A stretch of 64,000 nucleotides of DNA from Macrostomum lignano (lineage: Eukaryota): the NCBI GenBank assembly GCA_002269645.1, contig NIVC01000971.1, positions 1-64,000 of the forward strand. Direction: 5' to 3'. Positions 1 to 12,053 of the stretch are shown here, one piece after another. The notes under the pieces are model-generated. The model had not been told where the DNA came from and made no database searches. It saw nothing but the letters and a program-made list of their open reading frames with translations. Made by a program: the position numbers and the translations under genes. The first letter of the stretch is position 1. Each line of letters begins with the position of its first letter.

Positions 1-895
1 AATGAACATTGGCTCTGCCTCCTACTAAAAGCAATCACGATTTTGTACTGAAAAAAGAAAACATATTTTTCGGTAAAACCTCCCTGCTAAAGTTTTCAAA
101 ACCTAAGGTTCCTTTGCATTCCTTGCATGAAGCTCTGCCTGCTACCTGAGACAATTTTTATTGTTCAAAATTTGTGACACACTCGAAGATAGAAAACCTA
201 TGCCAGAGCGCTCCTCTGAAGGAATAAATTGTTTTTACAACTTTTGGCCAAGCCGACTGTCAGTCAATTAAAGCAAGAGCCCGTGCGAATACAATTTCAG
301 CTCAAAGCTGTGCTGCAGTTGTAAAATTGGTAGTGAAGCAGAGCTCGTAAACCTTATGCTTGGCATTCCTTCGTTAAAATGTTGCGTTTTACAAGGCATT
401 TTAACTTCTCCTAGTCTGGAATTCTTCTCTGCTTTTGGTACACTGGGGGAGGACGAGGTGACATGAAAATAATTTAGTTAGAGCGCCATGGTTGAGGGAA
501 GCGTCTAGCTCAACAGACTTTCATGCGCTGGGTGGCTTCTTGTCGACCCAAATACAATGCATCATGCTTTACACACCAATTAAAGAGCCAATTAATTAGG
601 GCTTAGGAATTTTTTCACACCAAAATTATTTACTGCGCAGTTTTTTATGGCACAAAGGGATTCGAAGAAAGGCGACGCCGCGGCCGACTGATCTAAGAGA
701 GACTTTATTCTTGCCGACATGAGCCACTTGCTGCTTTTATCAATATACATTCTGACACTATTTTCTAGCATTCACGCCCCCACTGCAATAAACAGGTTGA
801 TGCTTAACATACACACTGTGTTTCTGTGTTCGTTTAATCAACCGATTGTCACCTTTACTCACAGACTCTCAAAAACAGCATTTTAATCCGCTTAC

Positions 896-1094
896 TGACG
901 CAGGCTCGGCCACTGCTGATGCGGCCGAAGCCGCAGCCGCTTCCTCCAGCACCGCGGCACGACCGACAGGCGAAGCCCCAGGCTCGCCCGAAGCTGTTGC
1001 AGCACTCCTCCCGGCTGATAAACACGGATGTGAGCTGGCCAGAGCAGGAGCCCGAGGCGGACTGGACATTGCTGTCAGGGGCCTTTGTCCACCA
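896..1094 (-). CDS. FBN: Fibrillin-like gene, exon 6 (hybrid/TB domain); apparent 2-bp frameshift; gene continues past the window start
   Basis: Reads SCSGQLTSVFISREECCNSFGRAWGFACRSC...GRACV, resembling fibrillin hybrid-1 (CxGQL...CC..GRAWG.C..C). Donor GTAAGC at 895. Acceptor at 1094 or 1121. Confidence 0.75.
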
Positions 1095-1249
1095 CTGGGA
1101 ATGGGTATTTTGAGTACAGATCTGGTTTGAAATGCGATACTCTTAGGTCCAACTGTTATTTAAATCTAACTTACCCAAACAACCGTAATAACATGCTTTC
1201 TACATGGGTTGCTATCAGAGTTGTTAAGTAGTCCTTGCTATATCCTAAC

Positions 1250-2160
1250 CCATAGTCCTAACCCTAAACCTGACCTAAACTCTAGTCCTATACCCTAAAC
1301 TTGGCCTAAACTCTAGCCCTATACCCTAAACTTGACCTAAACCCTAGCCCTATACCCTAAACTTGACCTAAACTCTAGCCGTAACCCTAAACTTGACCTA
1401 AACCCTAGCCCTATATCCTAAACTTGACCTAAACCCTAGCCCTATACCCTAAACTTGACCTAAACCCTAGCCCTATACCCTAAACTTGACCTAAACCCTA
1501 GCCCTATATCCTAAACTTGACCTAAACTCTAGCCGTAACCCTAAACTTGACCTAAACCCTAGCCCTATACCCTAAACTTGACCTAAACCCTAGCCCTATA
1601 ACCTAAACTTGACCTAAACTCTAGCCGTAACCCTAAACTTGACCTAAACCCTAGCCCTATACCCTAAACTTGACCTAAACCCTAGCCCTATAACCTAAAC
1701 TTGACCTAAACTCTAGCCGTAACCCTAAACCTGACCTAAACTCTAGCCCTATACCCTAAACTTGACCTAAACTCTAGCCGTAACCCTAAACTTGACCTAA
1801 ACCCTAGCCCTATACCCTAAACTTGACCTAAACCCTAGCCCTATAACCTAAACTTGACCTAAACTCTAGCCGTAACCCTAAACCTGACCTAAACTCTAGC
1901 CCTATACCCTAAACTTGACCTAAACTCTAGCCGTAACCCTAAACCTGACCTAAACTCTAGCCGTAACCCTAAACCTGACCTAAACTCTAGCCGTAACCCT
2001 AAACCTGTCCTAAACTCTAGCCGTAACCCTAAACCTGACCTAAACCCTAGCCCTATACCCTAAACTTGACCTAAACCCTAGCCCTATACCCTAAACTTGA
2101 CCTAAACTCTAAAACCCAATACTTTAAACCTCACCAACCCTAGCCCTATACCCTAAAAAC
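1250..2160. repeat. 31-bp minisatellite built from CCCTAA-like motifs
   Basis: Tandem unit ccctaaacttgacctaaaccctagccctata and variants, about 28 copies. Confidence 0.95.
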
Positions 2161-2351
2161 CTAAATCGTTTATTTTTATCACTAGAAATCGACAACCGTT
2201 TCTCGACTTCTGCACTTTCACTATGCATACAAAGTAGGAAGTACTGTGTTATTTTATAAATTAATTTCTTATGTTTTAGAATTACGTAGCATTAAAAAGG
2301 GTTTGAACTCTGTAAAATAATGCCCTGAGAAAAGACCGTTTTATTTAAATA

Positions 2352-2994
2352 CGAGGGTTGTCCCAGAAATAGCGGGAAAAACTTATACAGAGGCTGATTG
2401 TGATATTCGAATTTGATGCAACTTGCGTCATAAGTAGAAAAAAATCCAATGGTTGTTTTGCTTTTTAAATGGGGTAAAAATGTCAATTCATTAAAAAGTT
2501 ATGCCTATAATTAGAACAAGAGGTAGGGGGTAGAGCTACGAGTACACCAAGTCGAGGGTCTGCAAAGTCGGTCACGCAGCATCGCCATCGCCCTTGACTG
2601 ATGACTTTTCGACGAAGTCACCTCTCAGCCTGTAGCCTGCAGCTGTTCTGCTTCTGCTTCTGCTTCAGATTAGCTTCTGCTTTTTTCGAGGGCTTATGTG
2701 CTCTTTTGTTTCTCTTCAGCTTCATCGTTTGCTTTTGTTTTCGAATCGATGTTCTGACTAAGCATCAAAAGTTTAGTCTATGGCCAGCATAGTAGGCTCG
2801 ACTTGGTGTAACTCTACCCCCTACCCCTTGTTCTAATTATAGGCATAACTTTTGAATGAATTGACATTTTTACCCCATTTAAAAAGCAAAACAACCATTG
2901 GATTTTTTTCTACTTATGACGCAAGTTGCATCAAATTCGAGTATCACAGTCAGCTTCTATACTGGTTTTTCCCACTATTTCGGGACAACCCTCG
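2352..2994. mobile_element. Tc1/mariner-type non-autonomous element (MITE)
   Basis: About 200-bp inverted arms starting CGAGGGTTGTCCC and ending GGGACAACCCTCG, flanked by TA on both sides (2350-51, 2995-96). Confidence 0.85.
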
Positions 2995-3133
2995 TACATT
3001 AGAGGGATATGATATCAAGCGTATCATACCAGCTTCACATTTCGGTAGTCATAAAGCTACATATAACTTCCTTTCTCGCTCCTCCCTAACAACCAGATAT
3101 AAAACAATGTGCAGCATGATTCTCTAAACCAAC

Positions 3134-3226
3134 CGTCACAGGAGGGGCCGCTGAAGCCATCGTTGCAACTGCAGACGCCAGTGGAGAGGCAGCGTCCATT
3201 ACCGGAGCAGTAGTTTGGGCAGGTGG
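3134..3226 (-). CDS. FBN: Fibrillin-like gene, exon 5 (EGF3)
   Basis: 93-bp phase 1-1 exon, TCPNYCSGNGRCLSTGVCSCNDGFSGPSCD. Confidence 0.85.
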
Positions 3227-3302
3227 CTGCAAAAAAGCACATCATGGAGGCATTAAGAATGAGAGTCTATGGCACAAAGTGACACTATAATAGACAACAT
3301 AC

Positions 3303-3398
3303 CAAACTGGCAGGCGCTGCCACTGAACCCTGGTGCGCACTGGCATCTGCCCCCAGCAACACAACGGCCCCCGTTCTCGCATGGCCTCGGACAGGAAG
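3303..3398 (-). CDS. FBN: Fibrillin-like gene, exon 4 (EGF2)
   Basis: 96-bp phase 1-1 exon, SCPRPCENGGRCVAGGRCQCAPGFSGSACQF, with six EGF cysteines. Confidence 0.85.
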
Positions 3399-4204
3399 CT
3401 ATACCGACGGCTGGAAAGATAAATGCAAAAACTGCAGTTGAATCAACTTACAATTTACCCTAAGAGTAACGCAAGGCAGGGATTACGCTATGGAACGCAT
3501 TAGAGGGAAAGGTAAGCGAAAGTAGGAATGAAGTATTCGTACTTCCTGCCGCAGTTGGCGTTGCTGAAACAGCTGTTGCTAGCATCAGCAGAGCCAGAGC
3601 TAGTCCTGTCGGCTTCTTCGCTTTCATTTGTGAAGACAATTTTCTTGAACAGGAGTTCTTTTACTAATAAGTGTGCCTTTACGCTGCCGTTACAACTTGG
3701 CAAAGAAACCTAAAGTGAAGGCGTTTCTGCTGCCGCGAGCCGCTCGCACAGCCACTATTTATAGCGATCTCATCGGGCCGCTAAGTATTAGTAAAGCTAA
3801 AAAGCAATCTGCACCCAAGCAGGGGCGGGGCTGTGCAAGTAGTGCTTCAGCCTAGACTTAATCGGGCGCAGAATTAAGCGCATCGAGCAGTCAGCAACTA
3901 TTTTCAGAAATGCACTGACTGCAGGACAGACAGGTCATCTTCTGTGCACTCTGGTGCTGCTGCTGAATTCCAAACTAGGCAGCGGTGCAAAGCGAGAGCT
4001 GCTAATTGCATCTGCTAGGGTGCAAGGTCAACCTTCTGACTGACAGACATGCGGAAAGGAGCAAGCTATTCTATCAATTTAGATTTGCTTTGGATTTCGA
4101 ATTTTAAGCACGAGTTACATGAAAATTTGGTATCTATTTCACCTTGTAGGATATCCAGATATGTGTAACGCTGCTTGTGCTAGTAATATTATCATAATCA
4201 CTTT

Positions 4205-4310
4205 TGGTTAGAGCGTGGGACTCACGACTGAAAGGTCGGGGTTCGATTCTCGACCCACTTGGAACAATTTGTGTCCTTGGGCAAGACATTTAACTCTGCA
4301 TTGCTTCAGT
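4205..4310 (+). mobile_element. Truncated tRNA-derived SINE (family B)
   Basis: B-box GGTTCGATTCT followed by tgtgtccttgggcaagacatttaac; homologous to 21417-21760. Confidence 0.7.
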
Positions 4311-4406
4311 TCAAAATATTTTTTTAGTCAAGATAAACTGTTATTAGAGTTGGTTATTAAACTCATTTTTGAAAAAAACATGCAAAATTTAAAGTTGAGA
4401 ACTCAC

Positions 4407-4532
4407 CATCGCTCCCACCGCTGCCGCCACTGCTGCGACCGTCGCAGCTGTACTGCACTACACTGTCAGGGCAGAAGCACAGGTTGGGCCCGATGCACTG
4501 CCCACCTGAGCCGCAACCGCTGTCGCAGACTG
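4407..4532 (-). CDS. FBN: Fibrillin-like gene, exon 3 (EGF1)
   Basis: Reads PVCDSGCGSGGQCIGPNLCFCPDSVVQYSCDG, resembling fibrillin EGF1 (C..PNxCxCP). Phase 1-1, AG/GTGAGT. Confidence 0.85.
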
Positions 4533-4581
4533 CTGCAAAGTTGGTAAGAAGAAAAACACAGAAATTAACTTCTTTAGCTCC

Positions 4582-5480
4582 ATATTTCCGACATTTCATA
4601 TCTCCGACACTTCACATCTCCGACATTTCATATCTCCGACATTTCATATCTCCGACACTTCACATCTCCGACATTTCATATCTCCGACATTTCATATCTC
4701 CGACACTTCACATCTCCGACATTTCATATCTCCGACATTTCATATCTCTGACATTTCATATCTCCGACACTTCATTTCTCCGACATTTCATATCTCCGAC
4801 ACTTCATTTCTCCGACACTTCATTTCTCCGACACTTCACATCTCCGATACTTCACATCTCCGACACTTCATATCTCCGACACTTCACATCTCCCACACTT
4901 CATATCTCCGACACTTCATTTCTCCCACACTTCATATCTCGACACTTCATTTCTCCGACACTTCATTTCTCCGACACTTCACATCTCCGACACTTCACAT
5001 CTCCGACACTTCACATCTCCGACACTTCACATCTCCGACACTTCACATCTCCGACACTTCATATCTCCGAAACCTCATATTTCCGACACTTCACATCTCC
5101 GACACTTCACATCTCCGACACTTCATATCTCCGAAACCTCATATTTCCGACACTTCATATTTCCGACACAATATCTTCGAGACCTCATGTCTCCGACACT
5201 TCATATCTCCGACATTTCATGTCTCCGACACTTCACACCTCCCACACTTCATATCTCCGACACTTCATATCTCCGACACTTCATATCTCCGACACTTCAT
5301 ATCTCCGACACTTCATATCTCCAACATTTCATATCTCCGACACCTCATATCTCCGGCACTTCATATCTCCGACACTTCATATCTCCGACATTTCACATCT
5401 CCGACACTTTATATCTCTGATATTTCATATTTCATATCTCCGACAAGCGTAACGGAGATGTGAAGTTTCGGAGATATAAA
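4582..5480. repeat. 16-bp minisatellite (ctccgacacttcatat), probably a foldback element arm
   Basis: About 54 tandem copies, with an inverted copy of the motif at 5455-5478. Confidence 0.9.
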
Positions 5481-6414
5481 AGAGCCCCAGTTTTTTCGAG
5501 CTTCAATGGAGGCAGCTCAGTGACGCCAAGCAAATTAAAAAGCGCCAATAAAGAGCGACTTGAACTTTAAAAATAAGGACAGTCTGTCGCATAAGGACAT
5601 GCCAAAAATGCTAGTTTGCATTATATTTAGATATTGCGTCGCATATGCCATGCTCTAGATGAATTTGCCTGCTGCTCCGTACATGCAGCAGATTCCTCAG
5701 TGCGTGTATCAGCACAAAAGCATATAAGCTTATTCGCATTTGCCAATTTTCCATTTATCATTTCCGACTTTCATTAGCATGGGCAATAATTGATCTGTCT
5801 GAACTACTGTGACTGATATATAGCTTTAGCTTCGCTTCCATAAGCCTTGGTCGATGCTTCAAGCCTATAGGCAAACATCGAAACCATTTTGGAGCTCGGA
5901 GCAAACAAGTCAGGCCGAGTGCCGTTTAGAAAATTGCGGGCCCTTGCTTCCTGAAATTAAAAAACTCAGCCGAACTGCCCCCCTTCCCATGACGGCCCGG
6001 TTTGGCTTGGCTTGGCCAGAGGGTTTGAGGGCCGGCTTTTTGCAGCGAAATTGACGAAAAAGAATGACCTAAGTTGGGGGGGGGGGTGAAGTTTACCCTG
6101 CGCCAACCAAAGCTAATTAAGGAGGAAATTTTCAAAATCGACAACCTTGCCATTTTTGATCCATGCCCCCCCACCCGCCTACGCGATCGCAAAAAATCGT
6201 TTGCTACTTTCTTTGCCTCCACGCATCATATGAAATACGAAGGCTGGTCAGTTTGCTGAATAAAAAATACTGACGAGTGCTGGCCCCCAACTGCGACAAT
6301 GATTACTTCTGCTGCATACTTGGCTAGGTATGAAATTAAATGTGGAGTGTCAGCTCGCAGTGCTGATACAACTGAATACACAAAATAACTCTAAACAAAG
6401 TAACAACAACTCAC

Positions 6415-6503
6415 GAATCGAGCATTTGTTAGTCGTTGAGTCCCTGAGCCAGCCGGGGCAGCAAACCGTGTTCGATCCGATGACGCACAGGTTGTCCCCA
6501 TCG
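6415..6503 (-). CDS. FBN: Fibrillin-like gene, exon 2 (FUN N-terminal domain)
   Basis: Reads DGDNLCVIGSNTVCCPGWLRDSTTNKCSI, matching the fibrillin/LTBP NxC..CCPGW..C motif. Acceptor ttcacAG, donor GTGAGT. Confidence 0.85.
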
Positions 6504-7077
6504 CTGTGAAATAAATAGATGGTCGAGGATAATAGTTGTCCATGGTGCAGTTATCTTGAAGACAGAAATTTTACAGCTGAAGTAGAAGAGCACTGTACTA
6601 GATTGGGGATGAGAAAGATGCGACATGAGAGGGGAGGGGGAGAGAGGAGACTGGAAAGGAGGGGAGATAAGAGATGGGAGATAAGATTAGAGAGAAGAGG
6701 GGAGTAGATGGAGAGAGAGGAGAGGGGAGAGGAGTGGAGAGTAGATACGAGTAAAGAGAGCTGAGAAGAGCCACAAGCTGTGAGCTGTGATTGCTACTGA
6801 GAAGTTTCAAAGAATCCGAAGGCCAGATAGAGAGGCTTCGCGGGCCGGAGTTAGCCGACTCCTGCTCTGGAGAACGCACAGCGCTGAATGGGGTTCAGCC
6901 ATAGACAAATTCGGTAAGGGCGTACTGAATGCACTGGCGATACCACAAATATGCGTTCTTTACGTCCTACATGAAATGAATATGAAAACCTGATTAGACT
7001 TTCGGTATCACGGTAAAATTCACGGAAGAGATAGATAATGTGGGCAAAATATTCAACAAGTTCCTTTAAAATCTCAC

Positions 7078-7151
7078 CTAGCCACACCGGAGGCCAGAAC
7101 TAGCACGATGAAGCAGGCAAAATGAATCAGCTGTTGGGACTTGAGCGGCAT
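7078..7151 (-). CDS. FBN: Fibrillin-like gene, exon 1 (signal peptide)
   Basis: ATG at 7151 gives MPLKSQQLIHFACFIVLVLASGVA (hydrophobic signal-like), then phase-2 donor AG|GTGAGA, matching the phase of the next exon. Confidence 0.75.
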
Positions 7152-8961
7152 GGTTAATTAAGCTCAAAGTTTCCCTATTTGGTTCTTTCTTCTGGTTGAT
7201 TTTCGTTAGTTAAAATTGATCGATTGGTGAGTTCGAGTCCTGCCGGTTGAGTCCTGACTTCCCGCGCGCTCAGGGCCGCGGTTTTATTTATCCAGGAAAA
7301 TTGAATTCGCGAAGGGATAAATCGGGTTCCTCCAAGGCAGCAATTTCGCTCTAGAGATATCCCTATAAGAGCAACTCAATTGGTGCAGTGTCTCGAATTG
7401 AATTCTCGCTAATCCTGTTGCCGGGGACGAGAGCAGCTCAATGATTTCACTTCAAACTTGGCCAAAACTGCCTGGATGCTGCAGCAAGCTGGCCAGACAC
7501 TCGAGAGCAATAAACAAAACTAAAGTGGTCTCAATTCTCCACACTAGCGCTGCTGTTGTTATACTGCAGAAGGCCTCGACTGCCAACTAAGTGTCCTTAA
7601 AGACACATTCCGAGGGGCTAGAGACACGAAACTCAAGCACAGCGGAGGATCTGTGCGCCTAGAAATGCCAGAGAATATTTTCTGAGAATGATGCTTATAG
7701 AAAGTCGAATCTCACGCAGACTCTGTTCTCACTCACTTGCTCACAACTCGTTGTCTAAAGAATTTTTTGCTGCTCGGAAAGTGAGCATAAGAGCGTGTTG
7801 ATGTATAATTAGGATTGCTTTTCTATTTTATGGCTGCGTGCCATTGGGGGTTTTTTTCTTTCCTCGAACTGCACAGACAGCTAAAGAAGAATGACTGACT
7901 TGGGGGTTCACCATCGTTTTTTTCTGTCTACCCAGCAGCCCCCCCTCCAGCCGCCACTGCCGTGTTTGGCTATTCTCGGGCAGCGAGGCCGAGGCTCTGG
8001 ATGGTAAAAAAACCTTCGACCAATCTGCGACTGCCGCAAAAGCGCGTCTATGCAGCTCAGTGCAGGGGCTGCCAACGCTAGAGTACAGTCCATATTGGCC
8101 GCACATGCAGCGGTGGACGAAAATGGTAAACGCTAAAAATAGAATAGTATCCGAGTGTGTAATATCTTCAAGCCTTATTTTGGGCTTAGTACCATATAAG
8201 CGTTTTTTATAAGTGTTGCGTCTGCATTGGTTGTTAAGTCTAAGTCTAAAAGTAGTCACATTAATTAATCCAAATTAATGTCTGCAGATTCGAAAGGATC
8301 ACCTTTTCCATCTTCGTGTTTAAATAGTTTAGCATAGTTTAGCTCCATCGGGGATCCGTGTTACGGTACAGAACTGTATTGAGCTAAATAAAGTGAAGGG
8401 CCAGTCTTTCTCGAAAGCAACTTACGATCAGCCATAGACGTAAGTTGGGGAGGAAGTGCTTATGACTTTCACAGCCCCGAATCAGAAAAAAATAAAAATT
8501 TTCATTTGCCTACTACAGATCATTTTATTTGATATTAAAATGCATCGCATTTAAATAAAAGCAAACTATAACATTCCAGCACGACATTTAGAAACGGACG
8601 GATTCTACAACAACAATATGATTCGAGTTTCCATACTAATTTTTGGTCTTTTATTACTTGCATGCTTCACGCAGTTATAAATGCTCAAGCGTGCAAAGGC
8701 ATGAAGAGAGCACATCAAATGTATTTAAAAGTGTACACCAATTGTAAGTTCAACAAGTGGGTTTTTGCCAAGCCAGACATGGGGATCGAGAGCCATACGA
8801 TAAAAATATAAGACACAATTTTATTTGTGTTATTAATCAAGCCTATACCCCTCGACGTGTGACAAAATTTTGACGGTGGTCTCTATTTTTAGTAGTCTTA
8901 CCGTACATCGACCATAGACAACGCGGTTTTTGTACTCCTTTAAAAACTGGTAATCCCCGTT

Positions 8962-9819
8962 GGGGGGTCGCCATCACAAGCTCGAAAAATCACATCGTCG
9001 AAACAGGGCTCCATCACAAGCTCGAAAAGTCATAAGCTCGAAAAGTCACATCGTCGAAAATTGATTTAGCAACCATCACAAGCTCGAAAACTCACAAGCT
9101 CGAAAACTCACATCGTCGAAAAGTTTAGCAAACATCATCACAAGCTCGAAAAGGCACAAGCTCTAACCCTAACCCCAAGGCACTAACCCTAACCCTAAGG
9201 CACCAGTACCCTAGCCTAACCCTGAACCATAACCCTAACCCCAAACCCTAACTTAAAGGCACTAGTTCTAACCCCGACCCTAACCCTAAACCCTAACCCT
9301 AAGGCCCAAGTTCAACCCCAACCCTAAACTTAACCCTAAGCCCTAACCCTAAGGCACAAGCTCTAACCCTAACCCTATTCAAGCTTGTGATTGTGGTTGC
9401 TAACCTTTTCGACGATGTGACTTTTCGAGCTTATGATGGTGGTTGCTAGACTTTTCGACGATATGATTTTTCGAGCTTATGACTTTTCGAGCTTGTGATG
9501 GTGGTTGCTCAACTTTTCGACGATGTGATTTTTCGAGCTTATGACTTTTCGAGCTTGTGATGGTGGCTGCTAAATCAGTTTTCGACGATGTGATTTTTCG
9601 AGCTTGTGATGGTGGTTGCTAAATCAGTTTTCGACGATGTGATTTTTCGAGCTTGTGACTTTTCGAGCTTGTGATGGTGGTTGCTAAATCAGTTTTCGAG
9701 CTTGTGATGGTGGTTGCTAAACTTTTCGACGATATGATTTTTCGAGCTAATGACTTTTCGAGCTTGTGATGGTGGTTGCTTTTCGACGATGTGATTTTTC
9801 GAGCTTGTGATGGGCCCCC
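8962..9819. mobile_element. Foldback element with repetitive arms and a telomere-like core
   Basis: Left arm repeats cacaagctcgaaaa/catcgtcgaaaa; right arm repeats their reverse complement; centre 9161-9378 is degenerate (CCCTAA)n. Confidence 0.8.
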
Positions 9820-10767
9820 TTATAAACTGCCTCCCCCGGTTCTACAACAAGCAGGCAAATATAAACGTTCAATAAAAGGTCATTCTGTTAACCAGGTTTT
9901 TCGCGTCGTTTTCTGCTAACGAATGAATAGATTATAGTCTATTCTACTATGAAGCGATGCCAGTAGGCTTGATTCGTGTGACAATGAGCGAAATCACGAA
10001 TGGCGTAGCTATTAGTGCGTGCATCGTATCATTTTGGAGGGGTTTTTAGGGGTCCACCAGTGAAGCCAAATTGCTGCACGCTTCAAATGTCTATGGCCAA
10101 ACCACACTGAGCGAAACACTTCAGAAAAAATCCAAGTAAGCCAGAATCTCAACTCAGTCAATAGGCCTGCGAACAAAAGTGGATAGCAAGCATGTAGTAC
10201 ACCTCCTGTTGAAGAATGGATCATTTCGGTCTATTCGGTCCAGAAGGGATCACTTCGGTCAAAGTAGCGGCGTTGTTTTTCCAAATCCTCTGTCTCCAAA
10301 GCACAGAACGGTTTCATGGAGCCACCTAACTTGATGAACATTGGTGCGGCGGCGGCTTTGAATTGAAGATTGGCCGTTCCGAAACGTTGATCCACGATGA
10401 TATTGATTCCACAGACACTAAGTAGATAGCGGAATAGGCCAGACTGGATGTTGAATATCGGCTGTCGCTGGATCGCAGGGGTAGCTCTTGCTTGACAGAA
10501 CCTCGCTAAACTTACGAAGCACCAATTTTATTGCACTAGAACAGACCGGCGCATTGTCCAATTGCATAAGATCCATTTCATTGATCTCAGCTGAGGAGCT
10601 TCAACTTCATCGGCGTACAATTGAATGAGATCGTCAATCATGCATTGCATTGCGGTTGTTGAATCCAAAATGAAAGCCATTTGCCTTTGGTCGCAGTCGC
10701 GCGTTGAGCCTAAGCTAGCTATGAACCTTCTGCTATTTGACTTACAACTTCATGTCTACACTTTCTA

Positions 10768-11200
10768 TTTTGGACCATAGATATTTCGAGCGTGCAGTAA
10801 TGTAGCAGTAAAGAACGGATACAAGTGCACGAGTAGCCGTTCTTCACCGATATTGTATGATTTTGAAGGCGTTTGGACCATAGATATTTCGAGTGTGCAG
10901 TAATGTAACAGTAAAGAACGGATACAAGTGCACGAGTAGCCGTTCTTCACCGATATTGTATGATTTTGAAGGCGTTTGGACCATAGATATTTCGAGTGTG
11001 CAGTAATGTAACAGTAAAGAACGGATACAAGTGCACGAGTAGCCGTTCTTCACCGATATTGTATGATTTTGAAGGCGTTTGGACCATAGATATTTCGAGT
11101 GTGCAGTAATGTAACAGTAAAGAACGGATACAAGTGCACGAGTAGCCGTTCTTCACCGATATTGTATGATTTTGAAGGCGTTTGGACCATAGATATTTAA
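10768..11200. repeat. 103-bp tandem repeat, about 4 copies
   Basis: Near-identical ORF-track peptides recur at a 103-bp offset (10844, 10947); units are almost identical. Confidence 0.95.
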
Positions 11201-12053
11201 AGCGTGCAGCAATCAGTTTGGGTCAGCGTGCACCAATGATGCATTGCTTAACGCTGCCTCACAAACCAAAACCCCTTTGGACTGTGGATTTTGGCCATAG
11301 ACTATAATTTGAACAGCGAATTCAATTTCGTTAATTTACAGCGAATGAAGAACCTGCCAACTGATTCTCTTAATGGACGAGTAACTAGCACCGAAATGGA
11401 CTTCATTTCTCTGCCGAATGCAAAGGACCACCGCGTAAATGACGGCAATCTTGATGCGTTTATTTGGTTCTTGGAAGATCCAACTAACGACGCCTTGTCG
11501 TTGCATGACATAAAACTGCCGGATCTACCAGAGGATGCAACTGTGTCGGGTTGACCATCTTGATTAGCATTGAAATCGATTCGCTTCCCAAGAGTACACA
11601 AGACCAGATGCAGCAACATGCCAAGGCATTCGTGGACATAATCAGAAGCCAAATTGAACTGTACCATCGCCTATGGTGAAAATTACAAACACAGCGTTAA
11701 GCAATGCATTCTCCACTGAAACAATCGTTAGTAGACTAACTCATAGTAACAGGGTCTGACAACCACAGTGCTGATCAAATCATGTGCAGCCTCGTGACAA
11801 AATTATGTTGTCAGAGAAGACAAATTCATCATAGCAACATTGAGCAACACTGAAAGTAATGTGTGTAGATATTGGCGTCTACATTAGGATGTTTAATCAA
11901 TTCATACCGATGGTAATATTTATTTTTTATTAAAATTGAACATTAGAACTCATGGTTATATACTAATAGTAGTTAATATCAATAAAAATATTAACATAAT
12001 ACGTATATATGCATCGTTAAAAACCGCTGCAGTTCTTCTTCTAGAAACTTTTT

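Noticed and set aside
4484-5452. 322-aa ORF
   Set aside because: It is a translation of the 16-bp minisatellite, antisense within a fibrillin intron.
10768-11200. CRISPR-like array (also considered for the 54-, 91- and 161-bp arrays)
   Set aside because: Units are contiguous with no unique spacers, there are no cas genes, and the context is eukaryotic.
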